Shown piece by piece: positions 1-9,251 of a DNA stretch of 20,000 bases; the first letter of the stretch is position 1; each line of letters starts with the position of its first letter. The DNA lies in IMG/VR virus record IMGVR_UViG_3300008267_000250, positions 52,255 through 72,254 of that record; one strand, given 5' to 3'. The DNA comes from an uncultured virus (IMG/VR IMGVR_UViG_3300008267_000250) (lineage: Duplodnaviria; Heunggongvirae; Uroviricota; Caudoviricetes). Made by a program: the position numbers and the translations under genes. The notes under the pieces are model-generated. The model did not search any database and was not told where the DNA came from. It saw only the letters and a program-made list of their open reading frames with translations.

Positions 1-2
1 GT

Positions 3-302
3 GTGATATTAACAATTTTATTATTAAAAATTTATAACACCAATTACGATAACAGTGAACTTATCAAGTTTAAATTGGAAACCTTAGACAAAGAAATTGA
101 ATTATTGAACAAACAAAGAAAGGGTCTGGACTCCACAATTAATATTTACAACAAAAATATCAAAAAAATAGATTCATCTTTGACAAAGTTAAAAATTGAA
201 AAAACGACAATTAATAACTTTTTTGAAGAAAATGAAAGTAAAATAAGAAATGCTGACGCTAAAATGGTTGACAGTTTACTTAGATTAAGATACAAATATT
301 AA
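3..302 (+). CDS. Membrane-anchored coiled-coil protein, i-spanin-like (probably 5'-truncated by the window edge)
   Basis: Hydrophobic N-terminus (ILTILLL) followed by a long heptad-rich coiled coil; 2 nt from the next gene. Confidence 0.45.
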   Translation: MILTILLLKIYNTNYDNSELIKFKLETLDKEIELLNKQRKGLDSTINIYNKNIKKIDSSLTKLKIEKTTINNFFEENESKIRNADAKMVDSLLRLRYKY

Positions 303-304
303 AT

Positions 305-718
305 ATGAAAAAATTAATTTTAACTCACTTTATTTTATTAAGTACCTTTTGTTTTACCCAGACAGAGATAAAAAAAGATAGTACCCAAATTTGTTTCCCA
401 TATCAAGTAGGAAGAAGGATTTTAATTGAATTAAACGAAGGTGATAGAAATAAAGAACTTTTAAGAGTTTCAAATCAAGAAATTAAATTATTAAAGGAAA
501 AAATTATATTTAAGGACTCAACAATAATGGATCTTAAAAAAACAATTGAAATTGCGGATCAAGTTACCAAAAAAAATGAAGAAAAATTCAAAATAGTTAA
601 CGAAGATAACGAAACATTAAGAAAGGATAACAACCTATTAAAATTAAAAAATACAATCTCAAATATCATATCTGGGATTGTTATTGGGATATTAACTTAT
701 GAAGTTGTAAAAAAATAA
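305..718 (+). CDS. Secreted coiled-coil protein with C-terminal TM helix, putative spanin partner
   Basis: Signal-peptide-like MKKLILTHFILLSTFCFTQ, coiled coil, C-terminal hydrophobic IISNIISGIVIGILTY followed by KK. Confidence 0.5.
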   Translation: MKKLILTHFILLSTFCFTQTEIKKDSTQICFPYQVGRRILIELNEGDRNKELLRVSNQEIKLLKEKIIFKDSTIMDLKKTIEIADQVTKKNEEKFKIVNEDNETLRKDNNLLKLKNTISNIISGIVIGILTYEVVKK

Positions 719-719
719 T

Positions 720-1208
720 ATGAAAAAAATAGACATAAAAAAGATTATTTCAGAAATTCAAAACGAAACCAAAGAAGGTATGGGTGCAGCTTCGGCTGGT
801 GGTTTTGAGGGTCCGGCCTTTAGTATGTGGTCAGATGATGAAAAAGCCAAATCCGAATATAAAAAAAATGAATCAGAAGAAGGCGAGTTTAAAGAAGCTA
901 CCTCATCTTCATCTGTTGGTGCATATGATGCTCCAGGGTTTGAAGATGTGAAAATGAAAGGAAATCATCCGGTTGGTAGAGGTAAACAATTTAAAAAACC
1001 ATTATATAAAGGAGGGGGGTTCGTAACCATTCAAAAAAAATGTAAAAAGTTTCCATATTGTAGTCAAGGCGACAGTAAGGACAAACCAGTTAAGGTTAAA
1101 ACGACTTTATCACCACTTAGTGAAGCAATAAAAAATGTATCATTAAAAACAGGATTAAGTGAAGAAGAAATAAAAAATATAATTAAATTAAAATTCACTA
1201 AAAATTAA
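720..1208 (+). CDS. Hypothetical protein, probable virion/head protein
   Basis: 162 aa ORF; N-terminal KKIISE motif; two related segments EGMGAASAGGFEGP / EATSSSSVGAYDAP; CKKFPYC motif. Confidence 0.6.
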   Translation: MKKIDIKKIISEIQNETKEGMGAASAGGFEGPAFSMWSDDEKAKSEYKKNESEEGEFKEATSSSSVGAYDAPGFEDVKMKGNHPVGRGKQFKKPLYKGGGFVTIQKKCKKFPYCSQGDSKDKPVKVKTTLSPLSEAIKNVSLKTGLSEEEIKNIIKLKFTKN

Positions 1209-1232
1209 TAAACTTAAAGATATTTATTAGGT

Positions 1233-2231
1233 ATGAACAAAGATATTTTAAACATAGTAAATAGAGTTTTGTCTGAGGAATATAACGACAAAATGAACGA
1301 ATCCAAAAAGGATACGTGTGAACAATGTGGTGGAAACACAATGAAAGAAGGTGAATGCTCAGAATGTGGATATATGAAAGAGGAGTTTAAAGAAGGTAAA
1401 AAACTTTCTAAAAAACAGGAATATATTGCTAAACAAGCTGAACCTAAAAACAAAATTGACGCTAAAGATTTTGCTAAACTTAGAAGTAAAAAATCAGACA
1501 CAAAAAATTCAAAATCTGAAAAAACTAAAGTAGATGAATCTAGATATAGTATTGAATTAGACGGAAAGAGATACGTATTTAACGAAAATGAAGTAGTTAA
1601 CATCATTGAAAATATTGTTTTAGAGGAGAAGTCAAAAGAGAAAAAAATGACCAAAACATTAAACGTAACTAAAGATTCACAAAACAAGTCTAAAAAAGAA
1701 AATGACGACTACATATCAAGTGTTGTTAAAAAAATGAAAGATTATTTAAAGGACGGATCAAAAGGTGATTTTGAAATGGAACCGGATAGTTTCCCCAAAG
1801 GAAATGGTGAATTAGCTAAAATGGATAAAATGGCTTATGTACCATCTGATGGTGTTGAGGAGTATGTACAAAACTTTACGGCCGCTGGACTTGAAAATTT
1901 AGATTATGATGCGATTCATCCGAATGAGGAATGGGTTGATGACTTAATGGTTGGTTCATCAAGAACTGGAAATAACCCAGAATGGGCAAACGCAGTTGAG
2001 ACACCAGTTAACAAAAAAAGAAACCAAATCAGAAAAGATAACTTACTTGCCAAAATCAAAAGAAAGGCTTACAACAAGTCAGCACAACCGATTGTAAATG
2101 ACAAGAGTGGAAATGAAACGGATAAAGCATCAAAAATAATGATGCAAGTTGAATCAGAAACAGAAAAGAAAGTGTTGTCTGACATTGAAAAAATGAAAAA
2201 ATTGTTGTCATACAATTCAAAAACCCAATAA
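1233..2231 (+). CDS. Hypothetical charged protein with Zn-ribbon, prohead core/internal head-like
   Basis: 332 aa; CEQC...CSEC; many (L/M/V)xE motifs; KIDAKDFAKLR segment; TATTTAT 5 nt upstream of the ATG. Confidence 0.6.
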   Translation: MNKDILNIVNRVLSEEYNDKMNESKKDTCEQCGGNTMKEGECSECGYMKEEFKEGKKLSKKQEYIAKQAEPKNKIDAKDFAKLRSKKSDTKNSKSEKTKVDESRYSIELDGKRYVFNENEVVNIIENIVLEEKSKEKKMTKTLNVTKDSQNKSKKENDDYISSVVKKMKDYLKDGSKGDFEMEPDSFPKGNGELAKMDKMAYVPSDGVEEYVQNFTAAGLENLDYDAIHPNEEWVDDLMVGSSRTGNNPEWANAVETPVNKKRNQIRKDNLLAKIKRKAYNKSAQPIVNDKSGNETDKASKIMMQVESETEKKVLSDIEKMKKLLSYNSKTQ

Positions 2232-2274
2232 ATAAAACTTTAGTTTTAATTGACCCATATTATTATTAGACTAT

Positions 2275-2769
2275 ATGAACTTAGATGGTAATAATATGGG
2301 TCGTTTTTTTGATTGGTTAGCCAAACCAATGGAAAGAGAGGATATTGATGCTTGGTATATGGCAAACAATATACTTCCAGAATATACCGAATTATTCAGA
2401 GACTTCTGTTTATCTTTTTTAAACATTCTTAATGACACATATCTAGGTGACACTACTGACTCTAATGACACCAAAATCATTATGAGTGAAGATCAAAACA
2501 AAGAACACTTTAGATGGTGTTGGAAAAAAACAGTTGAGAATTTCCAAAAAGAAAATATAAATTTCATCTTCAAAGAGAATGATTATGAATTTTTTGAGAG
2601 TTTCTTTTATGAAATATTCTATAATCAAGAAAGTGAAAAAATGAAAAACGCACTCAACGAGTTCTTCGTTGATTTATTTGATGAAAGTCACAACAAAACA
2701 AAATCTGATATAGAAATATTCACTGATATCTACAAAACCTTAGAAAGATCTTTAAATATTGTTGATTAA
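2275..2769 (+). CDS. Hypothetical protein
   Basis: 164 aa acidic/aromatic ORF collinear with neighbours (alternative start 2296). Confidence 0.7.
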   Translation: MNLDGNNMGRFFDWLAKPMEREDIDAWYMANNILPEYTELFRDFCLSFLNILNDTYLGDTTDSNDTKIIMSEDQNKEHFRWCWKKTVENFQKENINFIFKENDYEFFESFFYEIFYNQESEKMKNALNEFFVDLFDESHNKTKSDIEIFTDIYKTLERSLNIVD

Positions 2770-2837
2770 AAACTTTACTAAGTCAAAACATTAAATTACC
2801 TTTTTGTTAATTCAATAAACCAAATTATAAAATTAAA

Positions 2838-3020
2838 ATGGAAACTTTAGAACAAATTAAAACATTAGTAGAAACTCTAACTGCCGAAACAACAAAATTT
2901 TATACAAAAAGTAATAAGTCAGCAGGTACGAGAGCAAGAAAAACAGCACAAGAATTAAAAGATCTTATGCAAGTTTTAAGAAAAGAGATTTTAGCTTTCA
3001 ATAAAGAAGAAGAAAAATAA
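2838..3020 (+). CDS. Histone H1-like protein (Hc1 family)
   Basis: 60 aa helical protein with NKSAGTRARK, matching the GNKAAGTRARK signature of Hc1-like proteins of Bacteroidota and Chlamydia. Confidence 0.75.
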   Translation: METLEQIKTLVETLTAETTKFYTKSNKSAGTRARKTAQELKDLMQVLRKEILAFNKEEEK

Positions 3021-3023
3021 GAT

Positions 3024-3215
3024 ATGTTTCTTTTAACACCCTTTCTTACCTTTTTATTTATATTCTCTATCGTGGTTTTAGTTACTTTTGGAGTAAATTT
3101 AACTATTTCAATGATGTCAAACCCACCTAAACCATATGAGTTCAAAAGATATGAAACAACAACTTATATGATGTTGTTGAGTTATGTTGTAACTTATATT
3201 ATTTATTTATTTTAA
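3024..3215 (+). CDS. Small two-TM membrane protein
   Basis: 63 aa, two hydrophobic stretches separated by NPPKPYEFKRYE. Confidence 0.65.
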   Translation: MFLLTPFLTFLFIFSIVVLVTFGVNLTISMMSNPPKPYEFKRYETTTYMMLLSYVVTYIIYLF

Positions 3216-3217
3216 TT

Positions 3218-3661
3218 ATGATATTCAGTCAATTTATAACAAAAACCGATAAGTATTTAAAAACCGTTAGAGTATTAAAAAATTACGTTTCTTTTGACAT
3301 GATCTTTCCTTCGGGATGGGTCATGTTAAAGAAATCACCAGAGAATGTTGAAATCTTACAAACAGAAACAAAAGATGGTATTGTGACTTCATTTGTTTGT
3401 CAAAATGATTCGGAAATAATCCAAACCCTTGAATCTACAATGGATTTGGTCATTAAAACGAATATTGAAAGGGAAGAAAAAGAAAAATTATTTAAGTTGA
3501 AAGTAAAAGAGTTACAAAACATTTTTGAAAAAGAAAAACTTTCAGACTTAAAGGAATTAAAAATTGCAATTGAAGTGGATGAACCAAATTTAGAGGAATA
3601 TTCAAAATTAGTAGAAAATGGAACAGAAACCAAATCTGAAGGAGTTGAACAGGGAGCTTGA
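3218..3661 (+). CDS. Hypothetical protein
   Basis: 147 aa ORF tightly packed in an operon; C-terminal coiled coil. Confidence 0.7.
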   Translation: MIFSQFITKTDKYLKTVRVLKNYVSFDMIFPSGWVMLKKSPENVEILQTETKDGIVTSFVCQNDSEIIQTLESTMDLVIKTNIEREEKEKLFKLKVKELQNIFEKEKLSDLKELKIAIEVDEPNLEEYSKLVENGTETKSEGVEQGA

Positions 3662-3836
3662 ACGGTTTGAACTTGAATCAAAAAAGTACGAAAAACAAAA
3701 CGAAGCCTACAAAAACTCTATTTCAACCGAATTAAAAAAAATTAACAAAGAAATACTATTTAATTCAAAACAAACCGAAATTGAAACTGAATTGACATTA
3801 TGGGAAAGATTGAAGAAAGTTTTGAGGATGAATTAG
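3618..3836 (+). CDS. Hypothetical protein
   Basis: 72 aa coiled coil ending TLWERLKKVL; overlaps both neighbours. Confidence 0.6.
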   Translation: MEQKPNLKELNRELERFELESKKYEKQNEAYKNSISTELKKINKEILFNSKQTEIETELTLWERLKKVLRMN

Positions 3837-4018
3837 CGAAGTTGGCCAAAATTGTAGAAATTATTGAAGATAGCTTTATTTCAACCGATGACATTGAAAT
3901 TGAATTAAAAGTTCCAGATGATAAATTTAAATATCTTTCACAAAATCTTAGATATCAAAATCAAGAAAAAGTAACAATAACTATTGATAATGTTAGTTTT
4001 ACTTTTTTGAAAAAGTAG
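3800..4018 (+). CDS. Hypothetical protein
   Basis: 72 aa ORF with protein-like composition, coupled to the upstream gene. Confidence 0.6.
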   Translation: MGKIEESFEDELAKLAKIVEIIEDSFISTDDIEIELKVPDDKFKYLSQNLRYQNQEKVTITIDNVSFTFLKK

Positions 4019-4643
4019 TTTTTAACCTATAAAGGTAACTCTTATCAAACCCTTTCCCTACCAAAATATCATACACCCACTTTCTCTGAGCAATTGAAAC
4101 GTCTCTAATAAAAAGAGCATCACTTCTACCATTCTCAATAAAATAATTTTCAACAATACCTAAAAACCGGTCAGATTCATATTTATCCTTCAAGGAGAAC
4201 ATATTTACATCTTCATTAATTTGGACACAAACCTTATTATTTAGACAATATATACTTTTAAGTTCCTTACTTGTACAATATTTCTTTATGAAGTCCAAGA
4301 ACTTTATTTTTTTCTTCGTTTGCCAATCAAATATCAATTCTTCAATTTTATATGGTTGGAAATCCAAAAAGATATAATCCGGGTCCTCCAAATCAACTAC
4401 TTTATTTCTACCCAACTCATCTTTTATAACCAATGTTTTTTGAAGTTGTTTTTGATTTGTGACAATTGCCAAATAAAAATTACAATATTCTGCATTTTCC
4501 ACTTTTTTTTCAAAATAAATTGTTTTACTTTTATCTAGAAGTGTTTTATAACGTTCAGTTGCTTTTTTCTGAGTAATGAATGTTTTAATAAGTTTTTTCT
4601 TCTTATTATTTTTAAACAGGACAATATTGAAATTATTTAACAA
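3999..4643 (-). CDS. Hypothetical basic protein
   Basis: 214 aa ORF, the only long frame in the interval; TTG start abutting the dnaJ ATG. Confidence 0.7.
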   Translation of the reverse strand: MLNNFNIVLFKNNKKKKLIKTFITQKKATERYKTLLDKSKTIYFEKKVENAEYCNFYLAIVTNQKQLQKTLVIKDELGRNKVVDLEDPDYIFLDFQPYKIEELIFDWQTKKKIKFLDFIKKYCTSKELKSIYCLNNKVCVQINEDVNMFSLKDKYESDRFLGIVENYFIENGRSDALFIRDVSIAQRKWVYDILVGKGFDKSYLYRLKTTFSKK

Positions 4644-5639
4644 ATGAAGGACTATTATACTATTTTAGGTGTTACTGAAACAGCAACACAAGATGAAATC
4701 AAAAAAACATATAGAAAATTAAGTAAACAATATCATCCAGATGTAAACCCTGACGGAGAAGAAAAATTCAAAGAAATTACTGAAGCGTATGAGAACATAG
4801 GTGAGGAATCAAAAAGGAATGAATATGATATTAGAAGAAAAAATCCATTCCAAGGTATGGGTGGTTCACCTTTTGATATTCATAGTATGTTTGAACAAAT
4901 GATGAACGGTGGTGTACCAAAACAAAAAAGAGCACCAGACAAAGTGATAAACATAACAATTAACCCATTGGAATCATACTTTGGTACTAAAAAAGAACTG
5001 ACATTAAAAAATTTAAGTAAATGTACACCATGTCAAGGAACCGGTGGAACTAAAAAAATATGTGAAACATGTCAAGGTCAGGGAATGGTTGTTCAAGTAA
5101 TGGGTACTGGTTTATTCGCCCATAGAATCCAAACAACGTGCCCAACATGTCAAGGGTCCGGTAGTCAGATATTAAATGCTTGTACAAGTTGTTTTGGTAA
5201 TGGAAGAAGGGTTGAGGATGAAAAATTAATGGTTAACATCCCACCAAATGTGGATAATGGTGATTTTTTAAGGTTATCACAAAAAGGTGATTTTGATTCT
5301 AGTACAAAATTAAGGGGGGACTTGATTCTAAAAGTAAATTTAATAAATGATGATAAGTTTGAAAAAAGTGGATTTGATCTGATATATAATTTAAGGATTC
5401 ACCCACTCAATTTAATTTTAGACGACGAACTAATTGTTGAACACCCAGACGGTAATCTATCCATAAAAATACCAGAAAGTATAACAACTAACAAACCTTT
5501 GAGAATTGTCGGAAAGGGTTATAAAACTGATCAAGGTAGCGGAAACTTTTATATCAAAGTAATTGTTGAAAAACAAGAAAATCTTGATTCAAAATTAAAA
5601 GAGGAACTTAAACAAGTTCTAAAACTGGTTATTAATTAA
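4644..5639 (+). CDS. dnaJ: DnaJ/Hsp40 co-chaperone (class A)
   Basis: J-domain DYYTILGV...YHPD; four CxxCxGxG repeats (CTPCQGTG, CETCQGQG, CPTCQGSG, CTSCFGNG); C-terminal domain (GDLILKV, GFDL). Confidence 0.95.
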   Translation: MKDYYTILGVTETATQDEIKKTYRKLSKQYHPDVNPDGEEKFKEITEAYENIGEESKRNEYDIRRKNPFQGMGGSPFDIHSMFEQMMNGGVPKQKRAPDKVINITINPLESYFGTKKELTLKNLSKCTPCQGTGGTKKICETCQGQGMVVQVMGTGLFAHRIQTTCPTCQGSGSQILNACTSCFGNGRRVEDEKLMVNIPPNVDNGDFLRLSQKGDFDSSTKLRGDLILKVNLINDDKFEKSGFDLIYNLRIHPLNLILDDELIVEHPDGNLSIKIPESITTNKPLRIVGKGYKTDQGSGNFYIKVIVEKQENLDSKLKEELKQVLKLVIN

Positions 5640-5777
5640 TTCAATTAATTTTACTGTACCGTATATTGAACTTAAAAGGATATATAAACTTAAAACTAAT
5701 AATCCTTTTTGGGGTGTTGACAATCCTTTTTCACATTGTTTACATCCGGTTACTTGTGTTGCTTTTTTTTCTTCCAT
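5619..5777 (-). CDS. Small CxxC single-TM protein (52 aa, absent from ORF track)
   Basis: Manual translation MEEKKATQVTGCKQCEKGLSTPQKGLLVLSLYILLSSIYGTVKLIELINNQF; fills the gap after dnaJ. Confidence 0.65.
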   Translation of the reverse strand: MEEKKATQVTGCKQCEKGLSTPQKGLLVLSLYILLSSIYGTVKLIELINNQF

Positions 5778-5889
5778 AATGTAATTATATAATCTTTTTT
5801 TTAATAAGTGAATTTATTTTTTAATTGAACATATTAATCATTTAAAAATTTTTCTTATATTTGTGATATTTATTATTAAAACATAAATT

Positions 5890-7263
5890 ATGGCAATGAG
5901 ATTCACCAATATTTTAAAAGACTTGATTGTTGAAAGTTCAAGATTTCAAGTACTATTTGACAAATATGTTAAACCAAATAAAGAAACAAAAAAAGGCATC
6001 ATGCCTTTTGAAACGTTGTTTGCAATAATTGCGGCTGACCCAACATCAAGAATTCCTGAAGGAATGGTTATTGACAACGCGAGACCACAAGATATGGAAA
6101 AAGTAAAAATTGGAAAATATACCCAATGGTTACTTAAAAACTTTACAACACCAAGTATTGAACTAAGTAGTGGTGTTACTGACCCTAATAGTCCAGTGGT
6201 TAAACAAGCCATTAAAGAGTACCAAGCGTTATTTTTGGAGGATCTTTATAAAGTTACCGGTGACTTAATGAAATATGAGAGATTCAAAAATAGATTACCA
6301 CAAGAGTTTAGAGATATTAATAAACTAACGCCAGAGACACTTTATGACCAAGTAAAGGATTTCAGTTTAGAAAAAACTAAAGCAACCGCTGAGGAGAAAA
6401 AAGAGGCATCAAAAACGTATGCTCACCCAGGCGCTGATATCGTTTTTAAAGGTTCAGATTGGACTGTTGCTAGAATTTCAGATACTGGTCAATTAGGGAA
6501 AGATGCTGCGTGTTTTTATGGTGGATATTATTTGGAACCACAAAAAGGTGAAACAAGATGGTGTACATCATCACCTGGACTTGATTGGTTTAATAGATAC
6601 ATCAAAGATGGTCCATTATATGTTGTAATACCAAACTCACCTCGTAAATTTACTGGTAGTGACGAAATTGGTCAAAAATCAGGACTTCCTGCTTATAGAT
6701 ACCAGTTCCACTTCCCATCTAATCAATATATGGATCCAGCTGATAGACAAATTGATTTGGTTAAGTTTTTACAAGGCGAAGAACAAGGACTTAAAGAGTT
6801 TTTCAAACCAGAATTTATGAAAGGACTTTCACAAAATAATGGTGAAAAAGTATCTGTAAACTATCCAAGTGATTCGGCATCCAAATTTATTGCACTTTAT
6901 GGGTTTGATGAGTTTTTTGAAACATTACCAGCAAATATCAAAAGATTGGAATTCACACACAAAGGTGGTGATGCGTTCAATTTAGATTTACCAGAAAAAA
7001 TCGGAGATTTTAAACAATTAAGTGCTTTACATTTAGTTGGATGTGTTTCTAAGATTCCAGATAGTATATGTAATTTGAAAGAACTAAAATTCTTATCATT
7101 ACCTGATAATCCGAATTTACAACCATTACCAGCATGTTTGGCTGACCTACCAAAACTTTCAATCATTAATATTAAAGGAAGTAAAACTGACGGAACAATT
7201 CCGGATGCTTTAAGAGAAAGAACTGAGAGAGATAGTAATTTCTTTATATTTGATAAGAAGTAA
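5890..7263 (+). CDS. Phage protein with a WCT-motif central domain and C-terminal leucine-rich repeats
   Basis: ACFYG...TRWCTS...FNRY...GPLYV...YQFHF core; LRR units LPEKIGDFKQLSALHL, IPDSICNLKELKFLSL, LPACLADLPKLSIINI. Confidence 0.75.
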   Translation: MAMRFTNILKDLIVESSRFQVLFDKYVKPNKETKKGIMPFETLFAIIAADPTSRIPEGMVIDNARPQDMEKVKIGKYTQWLLKNFTTPSIELSSGVTDPNSPVVKQAIKEYQALFLEDLYKVTGDLMKYERFKNRLPQEFRDINKLTPETLYDQVKDFSLEKTKATAEEKKEASKTYAHPGADIVFKGSDWTVARISDTGQLGKDAACFYGGYYLEPQKGETRWCTSSPGLDWFNRYIKDGPLYVVIPNSPRKFTGSDEIGQKSGLPAYRYQFHFPSNQYMDPADRQIDLVKFLQGEEQGLKEFFKPEFMKGLSQNNGEKVSVNYPSDSASKFIALYGFDEFFETLPANIKRLEFTHKGGDAFNLDLPEKIGDFKQLSALHLVGCVSKIPDSICNLKELKFLSLPDNPNLQPLPACLADLPKLSIINIKGSKTDGTIPDALRERTERDSNFFIFDKK

Positions 7264-7272
7264 TTTTTTTGT

Positions 7273-7280
7273 TATCTTTG
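7273..7280 (+). promoter_or_regulatory. Bacteroidota-type -7 element
   Basis: Intergenic TATCTTTG; similar elements at 5856-5863 (TATATTTG) and 12234-12241 (TACCTTTG). Confidence 0.55.
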
Positions 7281-7298
7281 TTTTAAAATTGTGTTGTT

Positions 7299-7580
7299 AT
7301 GAGTAATTTGGATGTTGAAATATATATGACTAACTTCAAAAAGTATTTTGAAAATAATCCAGACCAACTAACACAATTGATTGGTGACATTGAAAAAGAA
7401 AGGTTTTTTGATGGTGTCAGAAAAATAGTTGAAGAAAATTCAACACAAGAGGATAAAGCCTTGGAACCAACAAGGAAACAACTTATTGGTTTATTACTTG
7501 ACTTAAATGGAGTTACCACAAATATTGAAAAAGTTTTACCTTTTATGGAACATCATATGGGTTTAATTTGTCTTAATTAG
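7299..7580 (+). CDS. Hypothetical protein
   Basis: 93 aa ORF downstream of a TATCTTTG promoter element. Confidence 0.7.
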   Translation: MSNLDVEIYMTNFKKYFENNPDQLTQLIGDIEKERFFDGVRKIVEENSTQEDKALEPTRKQLIGLLLDLNGVTTNIEKVLPFMEHHMGLICLN

Positions 7581-7601
7581 AAACAATTTTAATTTTTAAA
7601 T

Positions 7602-9251
7602 ATGTCAAACATGACAGTTTTATATAAGTTTGAGAAAAAAACTTATATTACATATCTTTACGAGAACTTCAATGAAATACAAATTGAAAAGGATGATATC
7701 TGGCCTATTTATAATCCTTCGGGTAATGGCTCCTTTAAATCAAAAGATGATAAAGTATATGATACCGAAGAGGATTTTGTTACTAATTATGGTAATCCTT
7801 TTGCGTCACCACATATGGAACGACAACTTTATGTGATTGAAGAAAATGAAGATAAAATCGCATTTAAAATCTATAATTACCACTCCTTTAGGAATGTCGG
7901 AAAAAAGTATTTTAAAGTCAGAAAAACAATCAAGTTTTTAACATTTAATTTTAAAAGAAAAATATTTTATTTGGGTGAGGCCTCGTTTAAAAGAAAAATA
8001 AAAATAGGGTTCAAATGTAAAATGAATGTACCAAATTTAATGGATAGTAGCTTCGTGGGTAGTCTGTACCGATTGGGAGAACAACAAGTCAACGATTTAT
8101 TATTTATGTTTTTAGATAAAATAAGAGAAAAACTTGGTTTTGAAATTAAAAGACCAAATTTACCTTTTGAATATTATTATGAAACAATATTGAAATTATC
8201 CAAAATAAAGTATCCAGATGCGTTTTTTAAATTTTCAACAATGTTTGCGCCAGTAAAAGATATTAGAAAATATGATTCAAATCTTGTGACTTATTTTATG
8301 AGAAAAAACGACCTTAAAGGTAAAAAAATCAAAACGTTATTAAACAAATACGACAAATTGGATGTGGATAACATTATTCAATTATATAGGTTTTTTGGTC
8401 AAGACATGTTTAATAAAATAGATGATAATGTTTTTTTAACCAATGAGCTTTATAGTCTTTATAGTATTTATACACCAGCGATGGAAGGAAATTTACATAA
8501 CTCTACTTTAACAAAAAAAGAAAAAGAAAATGTTTTAACAATTTTAAACAATACAAGAACGCGTGTTTTTGTTCCAACATTAATTGACCATATAGGTTTT
8601 AAAAAAAGATTAAAAAAATATGGTGAGAATGTTAAAATTGAGGCAAAAACATTGGATCAATTTACACAAGAGCACGTTGAATGGTCAACACTGGTACAAT
8701 CGTATAATAATGGCCACGTTACAAGGTCTTATGGTGAAGAATCAAATTTGGTTGAGGAACCAATCCACATTAATAACACAACCTATTTTCCGGTTCTTTT
8801 AAAAACAACAGAACAATATGAAAATGAATCGACACATCAATCAAATTGTGTTAGGACTTATTCTGAAAAACCGTATTGTTTAATTATTTCATTAAGGAAG
8901 GACGATATAAATGGTGATAAAAGAGCAACCATTGAATATCAATTTAATAGGGAGGGAATAAGAAGGTCACAAACGTTGGGTAAATACAATCAACCATTAA
9001 GTGAAGATTGGCACGAACCAATTATTGATTTGGATCAAAGGTTGACATATTATTATATGAAGGAGATAATAGAATTACCAGAAATGGTTAAAAGATATCC
9101 AAATGGTAAAACAATTAAAACGGTTTCAAATTTTACAGATGAAAAAGAACCATTTTTTGAAATGTTACCAAAGTGGTTTAACGAGGATATGATCAAAACT
9201 GAAAATAGTTATAATAACCCTTTTGATGAATATTTGTTTGATTTGTTATGA
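7602..9251 (+). CDS. PcfJ-like domain protein
   Basis: 549 aa; C-terminal LKTTEQYENESTHQSNCVRTY...IISLR...RATIE...QTLGKYN matches the PcfJ pattern (E-x3-[MQ]-x-[HN]CV-x2-Y). Confidence 0.75.
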   Translation: MSNMTVLYKFEKKTYITYLYENFNEIQIEKDDIWPIYNPSGNGSFKSKDDKVYDTEEDFVTNYGNPFASPHMERQLYVIEENEDKIAFKIYNYHSFRNVGKKYFKVRKTIKFLTFNFKRKIFYLGEASFKRKIKIGFKCKMNVPNLMDSSFVGSLYRLGEQQVNDLLFMFLDKIREKLGFEIKRPNLPFEYYYETILKLSKIKYPDAFFKFSTMFAPVKDIRKYDSNLVTYFMRKNDLKGKKIKTLLNKYDKLDVDNIIQLYRFFGQDMFNKIDDNVFLTNELYSLYSIYTPAMEGNLHNSTLTKKEKENVLTILNNTRTRVFVPTLIDHIGFKKRLKKYGENVKIEAKTLDQFTQEHVEWSTLVQSYNNGHVTRSYGEESNLVEEPIHINNTTYFPVLLKTTEQYENESTHQSNCVRTYSEKPYCLIISLRKDDINGDKRATIEYQFNREGIRRSQTLGKYNQPLSEDWHEPIIDLDQRLTYYYMKEIIELPEMVKRYPNGKTIKTVSNFTDEKEPFFEMLPKWFNEDMIKTENSYNNPFDEYLFDLL

